This document shows positions 36,780 to 44,719 of a stretch of DNA of 64,000 bases, in pieces. The DNA is from Fidelibacterota bacterium (GTDB lineage: Bacteria > Fidelibacterota > UBA2242). The first letter of the stretch is position 1, and every line of letters starts with the position of its first letter. Both the position numbers and the translations under genes were made by a program. The DNA is taken from contig JBNGDF010000011.1 in NCBI GenBank assembly GCA_049975265.1, positions 12,705-76,704 on the forward strand, read 5' to 3'. Under the pieces are notes generated by a model. The model saw only the letters and a program-made list of their open reading frames with translations, was not told the DNA's origin and did not search any database.

Positions 36780-39700
36780 ATGGCTCAAAAAATGAAAAGT
36801 ATGGACGGGAACACTGCGGCGACTCATGTCGCTTATGCGTTTAGTGAAGTTGCTGCAATTTACCCGATTACCCCTTCATCGGGGATGGGTGAGATGGCTG
36901 ATGCCTGGGCGGCTAAAGGTCTGAAGAATATTTTTGGTCAGACGGTGGATGTAGTGGAGTTGCAATCCGAAGGCGGTGCCTCGGGAGCTGTCCACGGCGC
37001 CCTCTCGGCGGGGGCGATGACCACCACCTTTACCGCATCGCAGGGATTGATGCTGATGCTGCCGAATATGCATAAGATTGCGGGTGAGATGCTGCCGACC
37101 GTATTTCATGTTTCGGCGCGCTCCCTGGCGTGTCAATCGCTCTCGATTTTCGGCGACCATTCCGATGTGATGTCGGCGCGCAATACCGGCTGGGCATTGA
37201 TGGCGCTGAGTTCGATTCAGGAAATCATGGACCTGGGCGTGGTTTCCCACCTCGCTACTCTGAAGTCCAAGATTCCCTTTCTGAATTTTTTCGACGGATT
37301 TCGGAATTCCCACGAAATCCAGAAAATCTATGAGATTGACTATGCCACAATGCGTGAGATGCTGGATATGCAGTACGTCGAAGACTTTCGCTCTCGCGCA
37401 ATGAATCCGGAAAAACCGCTGCTAAAGGTCGGACAGGAGGGTCCGGATACCTATTTTCAGGGACGCGAGACGGTGAACCGGTACTATCTGGAGGCTCCGG
37501 CGATCGTGCAGGAATATATGGATGCGCTGGCAAAGAAGATCGGTCGTCAGTACCATCTGTTCGATTATTTCGGCGCTCCCGATGCAGAGAAGATTATCGT
37601 CATTATGGGCAGTGGCGCCGACACGGTGGAAGAGACCGTTGATTATTTGAACAAGAAAGGTGAGAAGGTAGGGCTGATTAAAGCCCGGCTGTATCGTCCT
37701 TTCTCCGTTGAGCATTTTATCAAAGCGATTCCCGCCAGTGTAAAGAAAATTGCCGTTCTGGACCGTACCAAAGAGCCCGGCTCTATCGGTGAGCCGCTCT
37801 ACCTGGATGTGGTTGTAGCCTTAGCCGGAAAAGACCTGAAAATCGTTGGCGGACGCTACGGATTGTCCTCGAAGGAGTTTACCCCTTCCATGGTGAAGGC
37901 GGTGTACGATCATCTCGATGGGGCAGCCACTAACGGTTTTACCGTCGGTATTAACGATGACGTCACGCACACTTCCCTGGAAGTCAGGGAAAAGATCAAC
38001 ACCATTCCAGAAGGAACGATTTCCTGCAAATTCTGGGGACTTGGTTCTGACGGTACGGTGGGTGCCAATAAGAACTCCATCAAGATCATCGGTGACAACA
38101 CCGACATGTACGCTCAGGGCTATTTTCAGTATGATTCCAAAAAGTCCGGCGGGATTACCCGCAGCCACTTACGCTTTGGAAAACACCCAATCAAATCCGA
38201 GTATCTGGTAACCGACAACGTCGATTTCATCGCCTGTCACAATCAGGCGTTTATCCACCGCTACGATATTCTCGAGGGTATCAAGGAAAACAGTGTTTTT
38301 CTGCTGAATTCGGTCTGGAGCAAAGAAGAGGTATTTGAAAATCTGCCGCAGGCAATGCAGCAGACGATCATCGATAAGAAAATTCGCTTTTACAATATCA
38401 ATGCCCTGGAGATTGCCAATAATGTCGGCTTGGGAAACCGTATCAATACGGTCATGATGGCGGCATTTTTTATCATCTCGGGCGTCCTGGAAAAGGATTT
38501 TGCCATAAAACTGATTAAGGATGCCATTGAAAAAACCTACGGCGCCAAAGGTCGTGAAATCGTCGAGATGAACTGGAAAGCGGTTGATGCTGCGGAAGAG
38601 GCTCTCGTTGAGGTGCAGGTCCCGGATACACTTCCGAAAAAACATGCACCGGTGAAGCCACTGGTTCCTGAGGATGCCGATGATTTTGTGAAAAATGTCA
38701 TTGAGAAAACCATGCGTGAAAAGGGTGACGAAATTCCGGTTTCAGCGATGCCCCTGGACGGATTTGTCCCCACCGGAACGGCGAAACTGGAGAAGCGCGG
38801 TGTGGCACCTTTTGTACCGCACTGGATTAAGGAGAACTGCATTCAGTGTAACCAGTGCTCCTTTGTCTGTCCCCACGCCGCAATTCGGGCGAAGCTGATC
38901 GATCCCAACAGCCTGAAAGATGCACCGGAAGGTTTTGAAACGCTGGATGCCATCGGCAAAGACGCTGGGATGAAGTATAAAATTCAGGTCTATGTGGAAG
39001 ATTGCCAGGGTTGCATGAATTGCGTCAATGAGTGCCCGAAAGGAGCCCTCGTTGCCAAACCGATTCAGGAAGAGCGCGATGCCGGCGAATCCGATTTTGC
39101 GCTCTATTTTGATGCCCTGCCGTCGGATGTACTCAGTAAAGCCGTAAGACTTGAATCGCTGAAAGGCAGCCAGTTCAAGCAGCCACTGCTGGAGTTCTCG
39201 GGCGCCTGTGCCGGTTGTGGCGAAACGCCCTATGTCAAGCTGATTACACAGCTCTACGGCGACCGGATGATCATCGCCAATGCAACCGGTTGTTCCTCCA
39301 TCTGGGGTGGAACTTTTCCGACCATTCCTTATGCCAAAAATAAAGACGGTCACGGTCCAACCTGGGCAAACTCACTCTTTGAGGATAATGCCGAATACGG
39401 TTTCGGCATGCGACTGGCAGTGGATTCCAATCGCAGACAGCTGCGCACGGCGATGGAAAAAGCCCGGGAAATGGACCTGGATGCCGGTTTCAACGAGCTG
39501 ATCAAAGAGGCTTTTGAACTCTGGAATACCAAAGAGGACGAGATCAAAGCAGTATCCAAAAAGATTCAGGCGGCGCTGCCGGACCTGGTCAAAAAAGCCA
39601 CTGGCGAAGGGCAGACGGTTCTGAAAAAGATCATGGAACTCCAGAGCTATATTGTGCCGAAGAGTGTCTGGGCTTTCGGTGGCGATGGCTGGGCATACGA

Positions 39701-40301
39701 CATCGGTTACGGTGGTTTGGATCATGTCATGGCATCCAACCGGAACGTCAATATTTTAGTCCTGGACACGGAGGTCTATTCCAACACCGGTGGGCAGGCG
39801 TCCAAAGCAACGCCGCTGGGCTCGGTGGCTCGGTTTGCCGAAGCCGGGAAAACCACCAAGAAAAAAGACCTGGGCATGATGCTGATGAGTTATGGGTATG
39901 TATACGTCGCTTCCGTTGCTATGGGTGCCAACAAGAATCAGTTAATCAAAGCAATCAAAGAGGCGGAAGATTACGATGGACCGGCAATTATTATTGCCTA
40001 TGCGCCCTGCATCAACCATGGCTGCGATATGCAGATGACCCAGCAGGAAGAGAAGAAAGCGGTCGATACCGGGTACTGGTTGCTCTATCGCTACAATCCG
40101 ACATTGAAAGCGGAAGGCAAGAATCCCTTGATGCTGGACTCGAAGAAACCGTCACTGCCGGTTGAAGAGTTTCTGAAAAGCGAGAAGCGTTACACATCGC
40201 TGAAGCTCAGTTTTCCGGAGAATGCTGAAAAGTACTGGAAAGAACAGCAGATAATCGTTGATGAACGCTACGAACAGTATCGTAAGATGGCAGAGCAGTA
40301 A
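36780..40301 (+). CDS. nifJ: Pyruvate:ferredoxin (flavodoxin) oxidoreductase, single-polypeptide type
   Basis: About 1170 aa. N-terminal MDGNTAATHVAYAFSEVAAIYPITPSS, two 4Fe-4S motifs (CIQCNQCSFVCP, CQGCMNCVNECP) and a TPP motif GGDGWAYDIGYGGLDH. The ATG at 36780 has GGAG 6 nt upstream; the ATG at 36768 is an alternative. Confidence 0.93.
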   Translation: MAQKMKSMDGNTAATHVAYAFSEVAAIYPITPSSGMGEMADAWAAKGLKNIFGQTVDVVELQSEGGASGAVHGALSAGAMTTTFTASQGLMLMLPNMHKIAGEMLPTVFHVSARSLACQSLSIFGDHSDVMSARNTGWALMALSSIQEIMDLGVVSHLATLKSKIPFLNFFDGFRNSHEIQKIYEIDYATMREMLDMQYVEDFRSRAMNPEKPLLKVGQEGPDTYFQGRETVNRYYLEAPAIVQEYMDALAKKIGRQYHLFDYFGAPDAEKIIVIMGSGADTVEETVDYLNKKGEKVGLIKARLYRPFSVEHFIKAIPASVKKIAVLDRTKEPGSIGEPLYLDVVVALAGKDLKIVGGRYGLSSKEFTPSMVKAVYDHLDGAATNGFTVGINDDVTHTSLEVREKINTIPEGTISCKFWGLGSDGTVGANKNSIKIIGDNTDMYAQGYFQYDSKKSGGITRSHLRFGKHPIKSEYLVTDNVDFIACHNQAFIHRYDILEGIKENSVFLLNSVWSKEEVFENLPQAMQQTIIDKKIRFYNINALEIANNVGLGNRINTVMMAAFFIISGVLEKDFAIKLIKDAIEKTYGAKGREIVEMNWKAVDAAEEALVEVQVPDTLPKKHAPVKPLVPEDADDFVKNVIEKTMREKGDEIPVSAMPLDGFVPTGTAKLEKRGVAPFVPHWIKENCIQCNQCSFVCPHAAIRAKLIDPNSLKDAPEGFETLDAIGKDAGMKYKIQVYVEDCQGCMNCVNECPKGALVAKPIQEERDAGESDFALYFDALPSDVLSKAVRLESLKGSQFKQPLLEFSGACAGCGETPYVKLITQLYGDRMIIANATGCSSIWGGTFPTIPYAKNKDGHGPTWANSLFEDNAEYGFGMRLAVDSNRRQLRTAMEKAREMDLDAGFNELIKEAFELWNTKEDEIKAVSKKIQAALPDLVKKATGEGQTVLKKIMELQSYIVPKSVWAFGGDGWAYDIGYGGLDHVMASNRNVNILVLDTEVYSNTGGQASKATPLGSVARFAEAGKTTKKKDLGMMLMSYGYVYVASVAMGANKNQLIKAIKEAEDYDGPAIIIAYAPCINHGCDMQMTQQEEKKAVDTGYWLLYRYNPTLKAEGKNPLMLDSKKPSLPVEEFLKSEKRYTSLKLSFPENAEKYWKEQQIIVDERYEQYRKMAEQ

Positions 40302-40348
40302 AAAAGAAAACGATGTTCCGGCGAGCATCCGATTAGTATGAACCATAA

Positions 40349-40380
40349 GGGGCGTGAGATATTGCGCCCCCTCTTTTTTT
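40349..40380 (+). terminator. Rho-independent terminator of PFOR gene
   Basis: GGGGCG…CGCCCC stem (40349-40354 pairs with 40365-40370) followed by CTCTTTTTTT. Confidence 0.75.
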
Positions 40381-40393
40381 GGAGGATCAAGAT

Positions 40394-40460
40394 AACCTTC
40401 CGAAGGTTTTTCATCAGCTTAACTCCCGGCAAAATTATTTAGAAAAACCTTCGGAAGGTT
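40394..40460. repeat. Perfect 19-nt inverted repeat; each arm is a small hairpin plus T-run
   Basis: AACCTTCCGAAGGTTTTTC lies at 40394-40412 on the + strand, and the identical sequence lies on the - strand at 40442-40460. Each arm contains the palindrome AACCTTC-N-GAAGGTT. Confidence 0.8.
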
Positions 40461-40467
40461 AAGGAAA

Positions 40468-41104
40468 TCACCCACCGATTTTGCCGTAGAGTTTTTCGTA
40501 GCGCTGAGGATAGAGTTTTTTCATACAATCCCGGCAGATACCGTGACTGAATTCGGCATTGCTATGCTTGCTCAGGTAGGTTTCCAGGTTGTTCCAATAA
40601 CCTTCATCATCGCGGATTTTCTTACATGAGGGGCAGATGGGTAGCAGTTTTTTCAGCTGTTTTATCCGGGTCAGGGCTTCGGTCAATTCCACGATCAGGC
40701 GTTCACGCTCTTCTTCAATCCGCCTTCTGGCGAGGATTTCGATCTGCAGTTTGTGGTTGGATTTGACGATTTCACCGCGGCGTTCGCGGATCCGGTCTTC
40801 GATATGATTGCGCTCTTTTTGCAGAGCGGCGGCGACGTTCTCTTTTTTCTGCAATTCCTCCTGTAAGCGGGTATGGACATTTTCCAGCTCGCCGATCGTC
40901 TGCAATAGGCGTAATTCCCGGGCTTCGATCTTGATGATCATCATGCCGAAAGACTCTGCCAGGTCCGCAATTGAAGGGGGGGTATTTGTCCGTTTTCGTC
41001 AATTCAAATACCTGAGCATCGTGCTGAAAGTGATTCGCACCGGCATCTTTAACGGTTCGAATCAGTATATCAAGTATTTCCTGATAGCTGCTGTCATTAT
41101 CCAT
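40468..41104 (-). pseudogene. Coiled-coil protein with C-terminal CxxCKKIRDD…FSHxxCxDC module, interrupted by a frameshift in a C7 run (pseudogene, phase-variable gene or assembly error)
   Basis: ORFs 40772-41104 and 40468-40944 are colinear with the N- and C-terminal parts of the upstream paralogue. Removing one C from the C7 run (G7 on + at 40976-40982) joins them into one 211-codon frame. Confidence 0.8.
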
Positions 41105-41111
41105 ATTCGTC

Positions 41112-41882
41112 TCATATCTCCGACGGTAAATCCGTCAATTTGCCCTTTTCGAGCATCCGCTCATACTCTTCCGGATAGTGTTTTTTCAGGCAATCGGGAC
41201 AGAGGCTGTGACTGAATTCGATATCGGCATTCTTGCTGATGTAGATTTCCAGTTCGTTCCAATAGCCCTGATCATCGCGGATTTTTTTGCATGAGGCACA
41301 AATGGGAATCAAGCCCTTCAGGGTTTTGATATTGTTCAACGCCTCCTGGAGATCATCAACCAGTTTTTTGCGCTCTTCATCAATGGCTTTGCGTTCGAGA
41401 ATCTCGGTTTTTAACATTTCATTGGTTTTCATCAATTCGGAGGTGCGGTTTTGAATGAGCGCTTCCAGATTGTTCCGGTAGTTCATCAGCTCCTGCTCGA
41501 TTTTTGTGCGGGCTTCGTACTCCGCCTCCAGCTGACCGTTTAGTTTTTTCAACTTCTCAATTGTCTGTTCGAGACGCAGTTCCCGGGCTTCGACTTTGAC
41601 GATCATCATGCCGAAGGACTCCGCCAGCTCGCTGATCTTCGCCGGGTAGACGCCGGTTTTTGCCAGCTCGAAAATTTCGTCCGGATCGCTATACCGCTGC
41701 CGGGATATATCGCGGGCGATATCGGAAAGGTAATCCAGCAGTTCATCAATCTTCTGGTTATAACTTTCCGCTCCTTTTTGTCTGGCGTGTTCGAGAGAGT
41801 CTTGCTGCTCCTGGGTGATTTTTTGGCGCAGGGACTCCAGCCGCTTCAACAGTTTGGAATCGGGCATCAACTCCTTGCTCAT
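41112..41882 (-). CDS. Coiled-coil signalling-helix protein with C-terminal Cys/His module (IPICASCKKIRDDQGYWNELEIYISKNADIEFSHSLCPDC), function unknown
   Basis: 256 aa with long heptad regions including RTSELMKTNEMLKTEILERK. Four Cys plus His lie in the last ~50 aa. GGAGGG RBS. 19 nt after the PHP gene. Confidence 0.8.
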   Translation of the reverse strand: MSKELMPDSKLLKRLESLRQKITQEQQDSLEHARQKGAESYNQKIDELLDYLSDIARDISRQRYSDPDEIFELAKTGVYPAKISELAESFGMMIVKVEARELRLEQTIEKLKKLNGQLEAEYEARTKIEQELMNYRNNLEALIQNRTSELMKTNEMLKTEILERKAIDEERKKLVDDLQEALNNIKTLKGLIPICASCKKIRDDQGYWNELEIYISKNADIEFSHSLCPDCLKKHYPEEYERMLEKGKLTDLPSEI

Positions 41883-41901
41883 TAAATATTCCCTCCGATC
41901 T

Positions 41902-43524
41902 TTATTTTTGCCATATAGGATTTGTTAAAGCGAAATGACCGTTTAAGGTTGTTAATTCTGCCCGAAGGTAAGCTTTTTCCGGCATATTTTCCACGGTTAA
42001 ATCAAACCTGGACTGCAGCTCCCCGGCGTGATACGTTTCCTGGCGAAAAACTGTTTCCCTGACGGCTTTGACGTTACCGATAAAAACGGTCAACTGATCC
42101 AGGGTGCCGAAATAGGGTGTTGAACGGGCATTGATTGTAACGATATTGTCTGCGGCTGATTCAAGAGAGAGGAAAGGACCGTCCGAGATTATGACGTTTT
42201 CTCCCTTTAGAGCATCGATGATGCCCTGTACGCCGTTATCGAGGTCGGCTTTGATCCCGGTCAGGTTCTGTCCGAAAATCTGGTGCTGGTGTTCATGCAT
42301 CAGGAGCAGCGGGATTAAAACCTGCCGAAAGCGGTTGAAATTGCCGTGAGAATCGTTACCGGCGTAGATCAGTTGCCGTCGACCTTTCAGGAGCTGACTG
42401 ATCCAGAAAGCTTTGCCGGTTTCGAAATCTCCGGCAGGTTTACCGTTCAGAATCTGAAAGCCTGCCAGACGGGGGTGATAATCCCGGCGGTTCCAGATAC
42501 CCCGATGGATCAGGAGGTGATGCCAGAAAGGCGGCTTTTCAAAAGGGTGCGCGGCAAACGCCAGCGACTGGTCGGGAATCGTATCCAGGACGGTCGCATA
42601 GTGTGATTCCGTTACTTGTCCCAGCGATTTTTCCATGCCGTCGCCACTGCCGCAGTGAAAATGGGGGTCGTTGAGAACGTTCATATGCACTGTGCGCCCA
42701 AAACCATTATCAACCGACACCTCTTCACCGGGTATGAGGATAAAATCCCGGTTGCTGCGGTTTAGATCATGGATATCATTCAGGAGCCGTTGCCATTTAC
42801 GCAAATCGGGGTCCTGGACGGTCCAGGAATCTGGAGAATCGTCGAGATCGTACGAATGATCCGTAACGGCGCAGAAAGAGAGCCCCATGGTTCGACCCAG
42901 CGGGCGGTAACAGTCCGGCGGAACGCCGAATTCGACCTGATCCTCGGTATAGGATGAATGGACATGCAAATCGCCCCAGAGCCAGCCGTCCTCTTTGGGG
43001 AGTGGATCCCGGTCCATAAAGATTTCAAAGGATTTTTGGGAAAGCGTTGGGTAGTTGTCATTGCGTACGATAAACGCTTTCCCACCACCTACCAGATAGG
43101 CAAAACAGTCGAGATGAACCCATTGATTCTGAAAATTCGCGGCATCAATGGTGATGATTTTGGTAAACCACTTGGTATGGACCCCTGTACCGACAGGTAC
43201 GGTAACATCGCCGGCAATCGGTTTATGTTCGTGATCCATCAGCCGGATGACGATCTTTTCCAGGGTAACGGGAAACCAGTGAGCGTCCTTGATCAGCAGC
43301 AGAACCGGAATGTGACCCGTCTCGCTGCGCCGGGGCAGGTCAAAGATGATTTCGGGCTGTTTTTTATAGAGGAGTCCTTTGAAAAAAGGCAGACGATAGT
43401 GCATTTCTGCATAGAGAATAAAGGGCGCTACCAGCAAAGCGGCGGAGATGATGAAATCCGCGTAAAAAGTGAAATCCACAGTTAACATAGACCAAAGATA
43501 AAATAAAAAAGCAGATATCGCCAA
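41902..43524 (-). CDS. Membrane-anchored PHP / CehA-McbA-type metal-dependent phosphoesterase
   Basis: Hydrophobic N-terminus with about 2 TM segments. PHP-like motifs GDLHVHSSYT, CAVTDHSYD, AAHPF and GNDSHGNF. TTG start at 43524 in the ORF track; the ATG at 43488 is an alternative. Confidence 0.7.
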   Translation of the reverse strand: MAISAFLFYLWSMLTVDFTFYADFIISAALLVAPFILYAEMHYRLPFFKGLLYKKQPEIIFDLPRRSETGHIPVLLLIKDAHWFPVTLEKIVIRLMDHEHKPIAGDVTVPVGTGVHTKWFTKIITIDAANFQNQWVHLDCFAYLVGGGKAFIVRNDNYPTLSQKSFEIFMDRDPLPKEDGWLWGDLHVHSSYTEDQVEFGVPPDCYRPLGRTMGLSFCAVTDHSYDLDDSPDSWTVQDPDLRKWQRLLNDIHDLNRSNRDFILIPGEEVSVDNGFGRTVHMNVLNDPHFHCGSGDGMEKSLGQVTESHYATVLDTIPDQSLAFAAHPFEKPPFWHHLLIHRGIWNRRDYHPRLAGFQILNGKPAGDFETGKAFWISQLLKGRRQLIYAGNDSHGNFNRFRQVLIPLLLMHEHQHQIFGQNLTGIKADLDNGVQGIIDALKGENVIISDGPFLSLESAADNIVTINARSTPYFGTLDQLTVFIGNVKAVRETVFRQETYHAGELQSRFDLTVENMPEKAYLRAELTTLNGHFALTNPIWQK

Positions 43525-43570
43525 CGTTTTTCACACTACGGTGGCAGTACCGGGATCGCGGAAAAATTGG

Positions 43571-43599
43571 TTGACACTAAAGACAGCAGGCGGTAAATT
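43571..43599 (+). promoter_or_regulatory. Sigma70-like promoter candidate for efp-accBC operon
   Basis: TTGACA (43571-43576), 17-nt spacer, TAAATT (43594-43599), about 35 nt before the efp start. Confidence 0.5.
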
Positions 43600-43633
43600 C
43601 TACGTCACGATTGGTAAATTAGAAGGGGTACTT

Positions 43634-44197
43634 TTGGCATCAACAGCAGATATTCGAAACGGTTTAATAATCAATTTAGACGGCGATTTATTCAGGGTAA
43701 TTGAATTTCAGCATGTGAAAATGGCGCGGGGCGGTGCCCGTATCCGGACCAGGTTGAGAAATGTCCGCACCGGTCAGGTCGTTGACAATACTTTCCGATC
43801 GGGCGAAAAAATCGATGTCGCCCGCCTCGAAGCGGTGGAGATGCAATATCTCTATTTTGATGGAAACCATCATATTTTTATGAATACCGGGACATTCGAA
43901 CAGACTCCCCTGAATGCGGATACTTTCAAAGAGGCGTCCCAATACATCAAAGAAAACGATATTATCAAGGTCCTTTTCTACGGGAAGGAGGCGGTAGATA
44001 TCGAAATCCCGCCTCACGTCAATCTGGAGATTGTGGAAACCGAACCGGGCATGAAGGGTGACACGGTGACCGGCGCCTCGAAACCGGCGGTTCTGGAAAC
44101 CGGTTTGACGGTCCAGGTACCTCTCTTTCTGAATGTCGGTGACGTCGTGCGGATCGATACCCGCAGCGGTAGTTATGTGGAGCGGATTAAAGAGTAA
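43634..44197 (+). CDS. efp: Elongation factor P
   Basis: Full-length colinearity with EF-P (MASTADIRNGL…, KGDT…KPA.LETG…VP.F…G…IDTRSG.YV.R). The TTG at 43634 is preceded by GAAGGGG. The ORF-track start at 43541 would add a non-conserved 31-aa extension. Confidence 0.9.
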   Translation: MASTADIRNGLIINLDGDLFRVIEFQHVKMARGGARIRTRLRNVRTGQVVDNTFRSGEKIDVARLEAVEMQYLYFDGNHHIFMNTGTFEQTPLNADTFKEASQYIKENDIIKVLFYGKEAVDIEIPPHVNLEIVETEPGMKGDTVTGASKPAVLETGLTVQVPLFLNVGDVVRIDTRSGSYVERIKE

Positions 44198-44209
44198 GCG
44201 GGGAGAATT

Positions 44210-44683
44210 ATGAATAAGCGTCAACTTCTGGATTTGGTGAAAATTCTGGAATCACACGACATCAGCGAGATTGAAGTATCCCGTTGGGGCAGTAAGATCC
44301 GGGTTGCCAAGCAGCCGTCCGGAGCGGTTCGTAATGTCATCATGTCAGAAAACCAGCCCGGCGGAGCAGCACCGCAATTCGTCGAGATAGCCGGCATTGC
44401 CGAAGAGCATAAAGTCGTCAAGAACGAGAACAATGGGCGTGGCATCGAAATCAAGTCGCCGATTGTTGGTACCTTTTATCAGGCACCGGCGCCCGATGCC
44501 GAACCCTATGTGAAAATCGGGGATCATGTCTCCGTCGGACAGCCGCTCTGTATCATTGAAGCCATGAAAATCATGAACGTGATTGAATCCGAAGTATCCG
44601 GGAAACTGGTAAAGATTTTAGCAAACAATGCCCAACCGGTGGAATACAACGAGACCCTTTTTATTATCGATCCCGAGGGTTGA
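44210..44683 (+). CDS. accB: Acetyl-CoA carboxylase biotin carboxyl carrier protein
   Basis: C-terminal biotinyl domain with [10 protein letters not shown] motif. 157 aa. Confidence 0.92.
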   Translation: MNKRQLLDLVKILESHDISEIEVSRWGSKIRVAKQPSGAVRNVIMSENQPGGAAPQFVEIAGIAEEHKVVKNENNGRGIEIKSPIVGTFYQAPAPDAEPYVKIGDHVSVGQPLCIIEAMKIMNVIESEVSGKLVKILANNAQPVEYNETLFIIDPEG

Positions 44684-44719
44684 ATCAAAGCTATTGTCAA
44701 CTAACCGATCGGTACGATT

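Noticed and set aside
40468-41104. ORF-track entries 40772-41104 (110 aa) and 40468-40944 (158 aa) read as two independent small genes.
   Set aside because: Both halves align colinearly with the single 256-aa paralogue upstream. They join exactly at a C7 run when one C is removed. I treat them as one frameshifted gene.
43541-43633. 31-aa N-terminal extension of EF-P from the ORF-track start.
   Set aside because: It would overlap the predicted TTGACA/TAAATT promoter. EF-P homology begins exactly at the TTG at 43634 (MASTADIRNGL), which has its own purine-rich RBS.
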